DNA of 64,000 nt from a virus (lineage: Duplodnaviria > Caudoviricetes). Of the stretch, positions 1 to 9,651 are shown one piece after another. Positions within the stretch are counted from its first letter, which is position 1, and each line of letters begins with the position of its first letter. Position numbers and translations under genes: made by a program. Below the pieces are notes generated by a model that was given only the letters and a program-made list of their open reading frames with translations, searched no databases and was not told the origin of the DNA. The DNA lies in the IMG/VR virus record IMGVR_UViG_3300027804_000063, positions 1-64,000 of that record; one strand, given 5' to 3'.

Positions 1-68
1 AAAGTAGCCAACAAACTTAAGGAAGACGCCATAGTCGGACCTAAAGTAAAAGAACTGCTGGGTCTCAA

Positions 69-194
69 ATGAGTCGCTACGCGCAAGGTGAAGCACAAGT
101 GAAGGAGGTTCGCAACGCTGACTTTCTATCGTCTGTAGTCACCGAAGTTAAGCCAGCCAAAAAGTCAACCGCGAAGAAAAAGAAGCAGAAGTAA
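69..194 (+). CDS. small Lys-rich hypothetical protein (41 aa)
   Basis: ATG 69 overlaps the upstream TGA; MSRYAQGEAQVKEV...KKKKQK; not in ORF track. Confidence 0.5.
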   Translation: MSRYAQGEAQVKEVRNADFLSSVVTEVKPAKKSTAKKKKQK

Positions 195-199
195 AAAGC

Positions 200-424
200 A
201 TGGACGCGACGATGGCTGCTGTTGTAACTGGTGCATTTGGTCTTTTAATGTTCCTTATAGAGCGTGGGCGCAGAGAAAATGTTCGTGATCATGGTTATGT
301 GAAAGAAAAACTTGCAGACCTTAAAGCAGATATCAAAGATATTGACGCAGACATCGCTGTAGTAGAACACAAACTGGATGCACATCTGAACGATCCACGG
401 TCTCATGGCGGGAAAAAGAAATGA
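200..424 (+). CDS. membrane protein with C-terminal coiled coil
   Basis: N-terminal hydrophobic helix, then heptad LKADIKDIDADIAVVEHKL. Confidence 0.6.
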   Translation: MDATMAAVVTGAFGLLMFLIERGRRENVRDHGYVKEKLADLKADIKDIDADIAVVEHKLDAHLNDPRSHGGKKK

Positions 425-651
425 GCAAAAAGCCCGCCAAGAAACGCAATACCGAGTCTGCCGTGCCTGTCAAAAAAATTGATACAGGGTTCAATGTTCG
501 CTATATCGGCTCACAAGGGTGCCATCATGTTTGTCCAGTGTGCAGTAGTAGTCGTGGTAAGGGAATGGTGCGCGAATATAAAAACATTCTTTACTGTGGC
601 GTTGGATGTGTGATGAAACATAAGAAACTTACAGAGGTTGAAACCGTATGA
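421..651 (+). CDS. small Cys-rich (putative Zn-binding) protein
   Basis: CPVC and CGVGC motifs; ATGA overlaps with both neighbours. Confidence 0.55.
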   Translation: MSKKPAKKRNTESAVPVKKIDTGFNVRYIGSQGCHHVCPVCSSSRGKGMVREYKNILYCGVGCVMKHKKLTEVETV

Positions 652-923
652 AAAAAGACTTGGTTGTAAATGTCCTTCTTAGAATTCTTGCTACTTTCGC
701 CGCATCTGGTCTTGGCGTTATCGGTGCAGGAACTATCGCTGGCGTTCCAGTACTCAAGGCTGTCTTCATGGCTGGAATTGCAGGGGTTGCAGTCGTAATT
801 GAAGGTCTCTCACGCGCATTCCTTGAAGACGGAAAACTTTCAAGTTCCGAAATCAATGATGTGTTTAACAAGGTTGACAAAAAAGCACCAGCGAAAGCAA
901 AGGAAAATGATGCCCCCCGGTAG
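648..923 (+). CDS. holin-like two-TM membrane protein
   Basis: two hydrophobic helices and a charged C-terminal tail; holin role is inference. Confidence 0.5.
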   Translation: MKKDLVVNVLLRILATFAASGLGVIGAGTIAGVPVLKAVFMAGIAGVAVVIEGLSRAFLEDGKLSSSEINDVFNKVDKKAPAKAKENDAPR

Positions 924-1016
924 CCACGAAAAGTCTGAGTGCCAATGTGCACATTGCAGTTGTGAAACTTGGTGCGCGAACGATTGTCCTTGCGCCGAAT
1001 TGATGGGTGCCAGTGC

Positions 1017-1253
1017 ATGCACAAGTCAACACGATTAATCAAACTTCTTCCAATCATGCTGATTGCAGTTTCAGCCTGTGGTTATGACGGAAAGTATCGT
1101 TATGAATGTCAAGACCCTGTAAATTGGGGAAAAGAGGAGTGTAATCCACCGATATGCGAAGTAGATGGCGCGTGTACAAAAACGCTTCTTGGATGGGATC
1201 CGAGCGAAACAACCGTAGAAACAATTCCAGTGGAGGAGACAACCGCGCCATGA
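1017..1253 (+). CDS. putative lipoprotein
   Basis: from ATG 1017: MHKSTRLIKLLPIMLIAVSAC lipobox, Cys-rich body. Confidence 0.6.
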   Translation: MHKSTRLIKLLPIMLIAVSACGYDGKYRYECQDPVNWGKEECNPPICEVDGACTKTLLGWDPSETTVETIPVEETTAP

Positions 1254-1537
1254 AAAAGCGTCTTACACCAGCAGAACTAGATGCTCGTCTTAAATTCATT
1301 ATTGGTTGCATGCTTGGTTTCGTATTGATGATTACAACAATCGGAGTGCTCTGGGCACTCGTGTTCGTAACGCAACCAATTGGTGCTCAGGCGGAAAATG
1401 ACAAGATGTTCTTTGGTGTTCTTTCATCTGTTGCGACATTCATTACAGGAACGCTCGCTGGATTGATGATTTCTACAGGTCGTAACGCTGAAGACAAAGA
1501 TGGAAACGGAATTCCCGATCATTTAGAAGGAAAATAA
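1250..1537 (+). CDS. two-TM membrane protein with DKDGNG Ca-binding-like tail
   Basis: ATG 1250 overlaps upstream stop; two TM segments; DxDGNG motif. Confidence 0.6.
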   Translation: MKKRLTPAELDARLKFIIGCMLGFVLMITTIGVLWALVFVTQPIGAQAENDKMFFGVLSSVATFITGTLAGLMISTGRNAEDKDGNGIPDHLEGK

Positions 1538-1785
1538 TGCGAGTCTGGATTGATCAGGACTTATGCACTGGAGATGGACTGTGCGCAGAGATAGCCCCAG
1601 ATGTTTTTCACATGATGCCAGACGGTCTTGCGTATGTAAAAGAAGGGGACAAGATTTATGCGGACGCTGTGGGGAACCCTCAGGGCGCCGCTGGTTTGGC
1701 ATCTTTCAACGAAAATAGACTTGATGATGTTATTGAGGCTGCTGAGGAATGTCCGGGGGAATGCATTTTCTTAGAAGCGGACTGA
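1537..1785 (+). CDS. ferredoxin (Fer4_13/15, actinobacterial type)
   Basis: IDQDLCTGDGLCAEIAPDVF and EECPGECI Fe-S motifs. Confidence 0.92.
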   Translation: MRVWIDQDLCTGDGLCAEIAPDVFHMMPDGLAYVKEGDKIYADAVGNPQGAAGLASFNENRLDDVIEAAEECPGECIFLEAD

Positions 1786-1880
1786 GTGGTAGAATAGAGA
1801 GCAGGAAAGGATCCTTCCCCCTTCTGCGCGTAGGGGTGCTGATTGGGTTTTTTGTAGTTTAAACGAAGTAGTCTTTTTCT

Positions 1881-2216
1881 ATGGTTAATACCGATGAAGA
1901 AATAAAGTGGCACAACGACGGTCATGTTGTCTCATTGCTGTTAAGCAAAGACAAATTGGAAATTGTCGGTACTCAATGCCCGAACAAGGGGGTGACCGAC
2001 TCACCTTGCGCCCATGATGATGCACCGTGTGTGGTTGAGTATTTTCTAACTGTTTACGGTCTTGACTGTAATGTTGGGGTTGTGAGTCCGAGCGCCGAGA
2101 TGGCTGTCGCGTGGGCTTTTATTGGCGATAGACACAAGGATCTTGGTTCTTGTCAGGTTTGGATTATCCCGACAGAGGATGAGGCATTCTCGGCGTGGAT
2201 AGCAACACAAGGCTAA
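1881..2216 (+). CDS. hypothetical protein
   Basis: clean 111 aa ORF in a + strand run. Confidence 0.6.
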   Translation: MVNTDEEIKWHNDGHVVSLLLSKDKLEIVGTQCPNKGVTDSPCAHDDAPCVVEYFLTVYGLDCNVGVVSPSAEMAVAWAFIGDRHKDLGSCQVWIIPTEDEAFSAWIATQG

Positions 2217-2220
2217 TTGT

Positions 2221-2829
2221 GTGGAAGAGAATATTCATATCGTCTCAAATTTTGTTAGTAGAGAGTTTTTAGATGAAATACGACCCTTGTTTGCCGACGG
2301 TCTAGATAGTTTAAATATTGATAATGTAAGTAATCGTGAAGTACTAAGTCCGTTTGAAATAGCAAAACTAGAAGCGGCTAAAGCACACTATGGGAATAAT
2401 ATTTTCAAACTTCCCCATGCAGTAAATGGGGTTAATGCTGAACTTTACGAAATTGTTTCTAAACATATTGTCAAAGATCAAATATGTATAGAAAGTGTAT
2501 TCGGCGACCTTCAACCAGAGACAAAATTTAATATTACGGTCATGCTAAAGGGGAGTTCAGTCCCACCTCATACAGACGAGCAGATATTTCCAGAACATGT
2601 TGGAACAATAAATAAAACTGTTTTACGAGACATAACCTCAGTTTTTTATTTGAATGATGATTTTGATGGTGGAGAGTTATATTTTGATTGTCTTAATAAA
2701 ACAATCAAACCAGAAGCGGGAATGCTCGTGTTTTTCCCTACAGCAAAGATTTACAGGCATGCTGTTTTAACCGTTAGAAATGGTCAAAGATTTTCTGTTT
2801 CGCGGTTTTGGAATTTTAAATCCTCTTAA
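2221..2829 (+). CDS. 2OG-Fe(II) oxygenase (prolyl-4-hydroxylase-like)
   Basis: HTD, YLNDDFDGGEL, HAV...GQRFS. Confidence 0.9.
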   Translation: MEENIHIVSNFVSREFLDEIRPLFADGLDSLNIDNVSNREVLSPFEIAKLEAAKAHYGNNIFKLPHAVNGVNAELYEIVSKHIVKDQICIESVFGDLQPETKFNITVMLKGSSVPPHTDEQIFPEHVGTINKTVLRDITSVFYLNDDFDGGELYFDCLNKTIKPEAGMLVFFPTAKIYRHAVLTVRNGQRFSVSRFWNFKSS

Positions 2830-3499
2830 AATAGAGAATTAAAGACTGATCGTTATAAATATCGTTGTCGTAGATATCTACTGTTTCGGTTGTAAATTCT
2901 GAAATAATACCCGCACAAAATGCGCTTGTTAATCGTTTTTCAAATTCTTCATCCTCATAAACATTCTTTTTTACGGTAACGGCAATTATTCCGTTGCTGA
3001 CTACGCATGGCAGAAGGTTCATTAAATCATTAAATCCTAAATGACCTGTCGTGAAAACCCCTGTGCTCACCATCATGTCGTATCTTTCTTCGTTGATTAT
3101 TCTGAAGTCAGTGGTGAGATCTGTTTTTATTAAAGATCTATAAATCGGTTTCCCTGCGTCTGGTCTAAGACATAGTGGGTCAACTCGTTTTTCTCCAGCA
3201 ATTTTTATCATTTCCAACGAGAAATCTACACCCTCTAAAATGAAATACGGGTTTGATTTATTTAGCAATTCTCCCAACATTCCAGAACCGCATCCAACAT
3301 CAAGTATCCGTTTTTTATTTAACTGTATTTTAGGAAGAAGAAAATTTACAAGGTGATGTGGGAGCGCATACCCTGTTTCTTTAATGTAGTTCTCATATCC
3401 ATTAGCAGTGTCGTCGTAGAACCTTTGAAGGTCAGCGGATTTGGTGTAACCATATGCAGTTTGAAGCCCCAGTTCATTAGGGTCTTTGTTTGCTGTCAT
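2816..3499 (-). CDS. class I SAM-dependent methyltransferase
   Basis: ILDVGCGSG, GVDFSLEM, STGVFT. Confidence 0.88.
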   Translation of the reverse strand: MTANKDPNELGLQTAYGYTKSADLQRFYDDTANGYENYIKETGYALPHHLVNFLLPKIQLNKKRILDVGCGSGMLGELLNKSNPYFILEGVDFSLEMIKIAGEKRVDPLCLRPDAGKPIYRSLIKTDLTTDFRIINEERYDMMVSTGVFTTGHLGFNDLMNLLPCVVSNGIIAVTVKKNVYEDEEFEKRLTSAFCAGIISEFTTETVDIYDNDIYNDQSLILYFKRI

Positions 3500-3501
3500 T
3501 T

Positions 3502-4611
3502 TTAATATTTGTGTATGAACTTGACGAAATCGTCTTCGGTTTCACCTACAGCGTTTTCAAATTCAATGATTCCTAGTTCCTCAAACTTTCTGCGTAAATA
3601 CTTGTTGTTTCCGTCAAGCAACCCAAGTTTTGAACAGTTGGGAACTATTTTTGCGAGAAGCATTTTGCGGATCATGATTTGCCCGGGGTCACGCAAAAGG
3701 ACGGGCGTTATATCTTTTGAAGCAACACCCATCCGTTCATATACTTCCTGCTGAATGAGCCTGTTGTTTAGGTGCACTACTGCTTGTAAAGCAAATTCTT
3801 GGCGTTCCATCATTTCGCTGTCGGATAGTTCGGCGTAAATATCTTTGAGTGCAATAACACCGAATGCAACATGGCGCGCTTCGTCTGCCATCACTCCTTT
3901 TAGGATTGATTTCAATAGCGGTTCGCATGTAATTTCTCGCAGGTAACCGAAGATACCTAATCCTAAGCATTCAATAATGAGTTGCATTCCAAGGTAGGTG
4001 ACATCCCATCTGCTGTCCTCAATGGTGAGATCAACAAGTTGCCTGAAATGCCAGTTTGATTGATACATTCCACCAGTTTTTTCGGTGATGTAGCGGGAGA
4101 AAACATCTGCGTGGCGTGCCTCGTCCAAAGCCTGTGTGGTAGCAAACATTTTCGCATCAAAAGAGGGGGCGGTTTCTATGAGTTTGGCTGCACATATCAT
4201 CGCGGCTTGTTCGCCATGCAGGAAGTTTGAGAGCATCCATCGGCGTGTTTCAAGACCGAAGTCGTTCCACTCTTTATCTTTCCATTTTGCGATAGGAGTG
4301 CCGTCATAGAATGAGTCGTCGCGTGTTTGTCCTAGGTCTGCGCGATCATGGGCAATTACTCTTTCGTTGTCTACATCTATTGACCAGTCAATTTCTGATG
4401 CTAGCCATTGGCTTCGGAGGGCTTTATCGTAAATACGGTTTAGAGCACCGTTGTTTCGTTCGTAATCCCATACAAATAGGTTGTCTACGTTGTTTGTTAC
4501 TGTGTGAAACTTTTCCGAGTCGGGGACTAAGGGCGCGTTAACTATCTCGTCAATTTCGGCTTCATTGACTAGAACGCTTTGATTTTGAAAAGACTTTTTT
4601 GTGAGGGACAT
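3502..4611 (-). CDS. ferritin-like diiron oxygenase (AurF-like)
   Basis: HGEQ...DEARH...IIEC...DEARH diiron carboxylate ligands. Confidence 0.8.
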   Translation of the reverse strand: MSLTKKSFQNQSVLVNEAEIDEIVNAPLVPDSEKFHTVTNNVDNLFVWDYERNNGALNRIYDKALRSQWLASEIDWSIDVDNERVIAHDRADLGQTRDDSFYDGTPIAKWKDKEWNDFGLETRRWMLSNFLHGEQAAMICAAKLIETAPSFDAKMFATTQALDEARHADVFSRYITEKTGGMYQSNWHFRQLVDLTIEDSRWDVTYLGMQLIIECLGLGIFGYLREITCEPLLKSILKGVMADEARHVAFGVIALKDIYAELSDSEMMERQEFALQAVVHLNNRLIQQEVYERMGVASKDITPVLLRDPGQIMIRKMLLAKIVPNCSKLGLLDGNNKYLRRKFEELGIIEFENAVGETEDDFVKFIHKY

Positions 4612-4731
4612 TATCTAATGATATCAAAGGTTAATCGTCGTCTTCCGCGCCCTTATCACCACATTCGGGGTTTTCAGGCACAGGAATGTTGCAAGGACAT
4701 TTGTAATCTCTCACACCGATGACGATCATAA

Positions 4732-5193
4732 CTATTTTTGTGTTTCTTGATATCCCAATACGCGTCCGAGTGTCGGTTCCATGGTTTTATACCATCCGCC
4801 TCGTTTCATAAGCGTTCCTTTGGCGCCCGTAATTTCGCAGATACGGGAAGAAAGTTGTTCATATTTATCTATGATTTCTCTAAACCTGTCTGAGTATTGA
4901 GGTTGTGAAGGTTCGGCATAGTAACGCAGGGTTCCGAATTTTTGTTTAATTTGGAAGATCGTGTAGTTAGGATCCACCGAAAGCAGTTCGCTGTGGCAGT
5001 CGGCGATAATTTCAATCCAACCGTTTTCGCATTCAATTTGTTTCATCCACCCTTTGCCGAAACTTCGGTAGATGTTTTCTTTGATTGCTTCGTTGTCGCG
5101 CATGTATTCGTTTGTGCCTTCTTCTGCTTGTTGCCATTGGGGTGGTGTTTGAGCCACGAATGAGCGGAAAAATTTTTCTATGAGTTTGAACAC
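4732..5193 (-). CDS. hypothetical phage protein
   Basis: QIKQKFGTLRYY and CEITGAKG pattern recalled from phage hypothetical proteins. Confidence 0.65.
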   Translation of the reverse strand: MFKLIEKFFRSFVAQTPPQWQQAEEGTNEYMRDNEAIKENIYRSFGKGWMKQIECENGWIEIIADCHSELLSVDPNYTIFQIKQKFGTLRYYAEPSQPQYSDRFREIIDKYEQLSSRICEITGAKGTLMKRGGWYKTMEPTLGRVLGYQETQK

Positions 5194-5198
5194 GGTTT

Positions 5199-5969
5199 TT
5201 ACAGTTCTGTGATGATGATCATGTGGTCATCGTAGACGTATTGTGTTTCGGGTGGCATTTTGGATATTACGAGCATTCTGAGGAGCCATCTGTCTGTTCC
5301 GTCATATTTTGCTTTAAATGATTTTCTTCCATGAACAAGTTTTCTGTTGTCCAAAATCAAGACATCGCCTGTTTGCAGAACTATTTCTTTGGTGTGTTCT
5401 TTGATGGATTTGAGTAATTTGTCTAGTGCTTCTTGGGCTTGAAAGGTTTTCCCTCGCATGAAGAACTCGTCAAAACAGATGTTGAGACCTTCTGCTGTTT
5501 CAGTCAATATCGGTAAAAGTATATTCTTGTTTGGTTCTCCGTGTGTTCGGAAACTTTCATCAATTGCTGTAACGAACAACGGTTCTTTTAAGTAAAAGAT
5601 TGTTTCTTCGTCTAGAGATGAAACAATGTCGTCTACGGTTGCAAATGTTGTAGCGGCGTTTAGATCTTCCCGTAAGCACATTAGTAATACATGCGATGGC
5701 GAGTAGACGTGGAATGCTGTTTCTGTGTGTAGTTCTAGATCTATTTTAGATGAGGACGATATTTGAGTTGATTCTGTTTTCTGTATAGGGAATATATGTT
5801 GTACGAGTCTGCCTCTTTGTTCTTGTTTGTATGCGGTTGGTAGACCGTGACGGTAGGCGATCTTTTTAAGTTCTTTGTAGGCGTGTGAGAGTTCGGGTAT
5901 TTCGTCTAGGGACGTGGGGGTAGGGGGTATTTCCCCTATGTTTACGCCTTTTATCAATGTCCAACTCAT
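5199..5969 (-). CDS. TauD/clavaminate-synthase-like 2OG-Fe(II) dioxygenase
   Basis: LHTE (HxE), DNRKLVHGR, RWLLR. Confidence 0.85.
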   Translation of the reverse strand: MSWTLIKGVNIGEIPPTPTSLDEIPELSHAYKELKKIAYRHGLPTAYKQEQRGRLVQHIFPIQKTESTQISSSSKIDLELHTETAFHVYSPSHVLLMCLREDLNAATTFATVDDIVSSLDEETIFYLKEPLFVTAIDESFRTHGEPNKNILLPILTETAEGLNICFDEFFMRGKTFQAQEALDKLLKSIKEHTKEIVLQTGDVLILDNRKLVHGRKSFKAKYDGTDRWLLRMLVISKMPPETQYVYDDHMIIITEL

Positions 5970-6409
5970 GGTGATATCACTGTAGACGATGAGGTGGCTT
6001 CTGAAATTGTGCGTATGAGCCTACGTAAGTCGGGGTGATATATCGCGTTATTTAGGTTTATCCGATATTCGTAGCGTCCTTTGACTTTTGTTCTTGTTAC
6101 TAGTTTGTTTTTGCTCAATAAAGATATGGCTTTTATGATTGAGGTGTTCGTTACCCCCAATGTGGTGGCGAGTTCACGGACGGTCAGACCGGGTGTTTGC
6201 ATCAGGTAAAGCAGAACTCTGCCCGGTGGGGTTAACAGATTGACATTGCTTTTAGGTGTGTAAGCAATGATGTTTTGTTCGTCTAGTTCTTCAAGGATTG
6301 CTTCAACAAGTTGTTTGGCGGAAAGGTTCTTTGTTTGGGCGTCTTTGACAACTCTTTCTAGTGGTCCGCGTATCGCATGATCTCGTCTGTTGTCATGATT
6401 GGACGCCAC
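5966..6409 (-). CDS. MarR-like winged-helix regulator
   Basis: LTVRELATTLGVTNTSIIKAISLLSKNKLV HTH. Confidence 0.75.
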   Translation of the reverse strand: MASNHDNRRDHAIRGPLERVVKDAQTKNLSAKQLVEAILEELDEQNIIAYTPKSNVNLLTPPGRVLLYLMQTPGLTVRELATTLGVTNTSIIKAISLLSKNKLVTRTKVKGRYEYRINLNNAIYHPDLRRLIRTISEATSSSTVISP

Positions 6410-6565
6410 ATTTTTTACATTATCACAGTGATATCAGTGACATTTTTTCAAAAAAACCTTTTTTGTTTTATTACTTTACTTTTGTATTTGTTCGCACCGA
6501 ATAACAGTGCTTGACAAAAGAAGAATACTGTAGAAATATGTCATACTAGAAAGACAGGAGAACAC

Positions 6566-6862
6566 ATGACTAGTCCAGATAAGTCAAAGAAAGACCTGCT
6601 CAACAAACTTTCGCAGATGTCTAAAACAGTAAGCGCACCATGCCCAGTAGGCAAAATACACAAGCAATTAGACCCTGAAACACAGATCGCTTTGCTTAAC
6701 GCATTGCAGTCACCAGCATCAAATTCGCAAATACACCGAGCCCTCATTGATGAAGGTTTTTCTATTTCGCGAACAACCATCAACCAAAAACGAGGATGCT
6801 TCAGAGAAGGCGGACATAAAGAATGCCAATGCTTCCCGAACAATCTAGGAGGCTCAAAATGA
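6566..6862 (+). CDS. hypothetical protein (possible DNA-binding)
   Basis: CAGGAG RBS; CPVG and terminal Cys; HTH-like middle. Confidence 0.6.
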   Translation: MTSPDKSKKDLLNKLSQMSKTVSAPCPVGKIHKQLDPETQIALLNALQSPASNSQIHRALIDEGFSISRTTINQKRGCFREGGHKECQCFPNNLGGSK

Positions 6863-8067
6863 GCAAACTTAAAAATACTTTGACTGATATCGCCTTGGAT
6901 GCGGATGGTCACCCGAACGGAGACAAAGCATGGGCGACCGTCTCACCAGACGGCGGAGAGTTATCCACAGGGGCGATGCCGACAGAACTTGGTTCAGATT
7001 GGGACACTGTTCTCAAAGGATTTGGACTAGATCCAAATATTTTTGAAATAGTAGATGACACTGTCAAAATGTCTAAATGGCAGTCATCTAAACGCCTAGA
7101 GAACGGCGACCGCGACTTGATATGGCTTTACTCGTACAAGGCACGATTCCGACGCAAAAGTCTTACAGGTTTAAACGAGGAGCAAGTAAACGAAATCCGT
7201 AATTATGTACAGAAATGGAAACCTGTCAATAAGCCTACGGTTCCTGTCTCCAAGGAGGCGGGCGCAACAATGGTTGTTTGTTGGGCGGATCAACAGTTAG
7301 GCAAATCCGCTGGTGGCGGTGTAGACGCAACGGTTGAAAGAATTCTTGACAGTTACACGGCGACTATTGAGCGGGTTAAGGAACTTCGCAAAATAGGGCG
7401 CAATATAGAGAAGATCGCCATCGTGAACATGGGTGACCCTGTGGAAGGATGCGACGGGCAGTATTCAAGTCAATTGTTTACAGTGGAACTCACTCAACGG
7501 GAACAACTCCTGTTGGCGATAGATCTTTGGTCTCAAGGTTTACGACAACTAGCCCCATTAGCAGAGCAAGCAGAGTTCATTTCTGTTCATTGTAACCACG
7601 GTGAGTGGATGCGTCGTAACGGGAAACAGGTAACTAGTGACTCTGACAATGTGGGCGGGTTTCTTGCTGACACTGTGAAACGGATTGTAGAGGACAGACC
7701 AGAGTTAGATAAACTACAATGGAAAATTCCGCACGACGAGATGGTTATCACCTCCGTGCTATCAGGTGTCAAAGTTGCTTTCCATCACGGTCACAAGATC
7801 AGTGGTAAAGAGGTGGAATGGTTGCGCGGGCAGTCAATCAAGATTCTGCGCGAAGAAGGACGCGAACCCGATATTTGGGTGACAGCACACAGACATCATT
7901 TACAGGTACAAGATTTCGGACCTTGGTACAGGTTTCAATGCCCATCTAATGATGGTGGTTCCAAATGGTATACGGATATGACTGGTAACTGGTCTACACC
8001 GGGAACTCTTACTTTCCTTGTAGGGAAACATGACCCTAAAGGTTGGTCAGATATGGCGGTTCTTTAA
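6859..8067 (+). CDS. metallophosphoesterase-like protein
   Basis: DxQ, GD, NHGE, HHGH, AHRHH metal-binding motifs; start at ATG 6859 after GGAGG. Confidence 0.7.
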   Translation: MSKLKNTLTDIALDADGHPNGDKAWATVSPDGGELSTGAMPTELGSDWDTVLKGFGLDPNIFEIVDDTVKMSKWQSSKRLENGDRDLIWLYSYKARFRRKSLTGLNEEQVNEIRNYVQKWKPVNKPTVPVSKEAGATMVVCWADQQLGKSAGGGVDATVERILDSYTATIERVKELRKIGRNIEKIAIVNMGDPVEGCDGQYSSQLFTVELTQREQLLLAIDLWSQGLRQLAPLAEQAEFISVHCNHGEWMRRNGKQVTSDSDNVGGFLADTVKRIVEDRPELDKLQWKIPHDEMVITSVLSGVKVAFHHGHKISGKEVEWLRGQSIKILREEGREPDIWVTAHRHHLQVQDFGPWYRFQCPSNDGGSKWYTDMTGNWSTPGTLTFLVGKHDPKGWSDMAVL

Positions 8068-9341
8068 TGACGGCACAAATCATTAATGGGGACTGTCGCG
8101 AGGTTTTAAAAACTTTAAAAACAAACTCTGTAGACAGCATTGTTACAGACCCACCATATGAACTGGGTTTTATGGGTAAGTCTTGGGATTCAACAGGGAT
8201 TGCTTACAATATAGAAGTTTGGCAGGAATGTTTACGGGTTCTTAAACCCGGCGGTCATCTGCTTGCTTTTGGTGGTTCTCGCACCTACCATCGTCTTGCT
8301 TGCGCTATTGAGGATGCAGGGTTTCAGATTCGTGATCAGATTATGTGGGTGTATGGGTCAGGTTTCCCTAAGTCGTTGAACATCAGTAAGTCTATTGAAG
8401 GGCTACTGACAACTGGTTCGGCGAACAAAACAGCGTTCAAAAATCTATCTGGTGAGCAGGTAGATCGCGGTAATTGGGGGATTGCTAAACAACAGTTCAC
8501 GCACGGTCAGCGTGACACTAACTATGACGAAACCGCTGGTGGGCAACGGTTAGGGAAACTTGAACCAACCACCGATGAGGCTAAGCAATGGGAGGGTTGG
8601 GGAACTGCATTGAAGCCTGCTCACGAACCGATTGTGATGGCACGAAAACCATTGGAAGGAACTGTGGCACAAACCGTTCTTGAACACGGCACAGGTGGCA
8701 TCAACATAGATGGATGCCGTATCGGATCAGGAACAGGTGAAACAAAAACTGTTCAATACCCAGATATCCGAGGCAACAACTACAACAACGCTGAAGGCAC
8801 AGTTGAATATCAGGTGATATCGCAGGGTCGGTTTCCTGCGAACTTCATTCATGACGGTTCAGACGAAGTACTAGAACTATTCCCCGACAGCAAAGGTGGT
8901 GCTTATCCTGCCAAACGAGGTCAGGCTGTGAACACCTCATTTGCTAGTGGACAAGAAACTGAAGGCGGGTTCAGATCAATGGGCGATTCTGGTTCTGCTG
9001 CACGGTTCTTTTATTGTGCTAAAGCCAGCAAGAAAGATCGCAACGAAGGCTTAGACGGATTTGAGGAGAAACGACCCGATGAGCGCAGCGTGACTGGTAT
9101 GGGAACTTTTGAGGAGAAGGGTGTTGCCAAACAAGCCAATCACCACCCAACGGTGAAACCCACAGACCTGATGCGCTATCTGTGCAGACTGGTAACACCA
9201 CCAAACGGCACAGTCCTAGACCCATTCACAGGATCAGGCTCAACAGGTAAAGCGGCGAAACTAGAAGGCTTCAGTTTTATTGGTATAGAACAATCAGCCG
9301 AATATGTACAGATAGCCACAGCCCGCATAAAAGCCGTATAA
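8067..9341 (+). CDS. beta-class amino (m6A/m4C) DNA methyltransferase
   Basis: TDPPY before LDPFTGSG; long insert between motifs. Confidence 0.92.
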   Translation: MTAQIINGDCREVLKTLKTNSVDSIVTDPPYELGFMGKSWDSTGIAYNIEVWQECLRVLKPGGHLLAFGGSRTYHRLACAIEDAGFQIRDQIMWVYGSGFPKSLNISKSIEGLLTTGSANKTAFKNLSGEQVDRGNWGIAKQQFTHGQRDTNYDETAGGQRLGKLEPTTDEAKQWEGWGTALKPAHEPIVMARKPLEGTVAQTVLEHGTGGINIDGCRIGSGTGETKTVQYPDIRGNNYNNAEGTVEYQVISQGRFPANFIHDGSDEVLELFPDSKGGAYPAKRGQAVNTSFASGQETEGGFRSMGDSGSAARFFYCAKASKKDRNEGLDGFEEKRPDERSVTGMGTFEEKGVAKQANHHPTVKPTDLMRYLCRLVTPPNGTVLDPFTGSGSTGKAAKLEGFSFIGIEQSAEYVQIATARIKAV

Positions 9342-9364
9342 ACCTAAACGACAGGAACTTACAC

Positions 9365-9649
9365 ATGGCATTCAACCCCAACTACACACGAGATGACATC
9401 AACTGGTATTTAGAACAAACAGACCAAACAGCCGTACTCATGGACGGCTTTGAACACGCAATCATCGGTTTCTCCCAACGCATAAACGAACCACTCCTAG
9501 CCGTCTACAACCACGACCTCATGATCCAAACACTCATGCAACGAGACGGCATGACCTACCAAGAAGCCGACGAATACATAGAGTACAACTGCATCGGCGC
9601 ATGGATCGGCGAACAAACCCCCATCATCGTAAAACCCATAGCGATGTAA
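9365..9649 (+). CDS. hypothetical phage protein
   Basis: DGFEHAIIG...YNCIGAWIGEQTP, a pattern recalled from phage hypothetical proteins. Confidence 0.7.
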   Translation: MAFNPNYTRDDINWYLEQTDQTAVLMDGFEHAIIGFSQRINEPLLAVYNHDLMIQTLMQRDGMTYQEADEYIEYNCIGAWIGEQTPIIVKPIAM

Positions 9650-9651
9650 CC

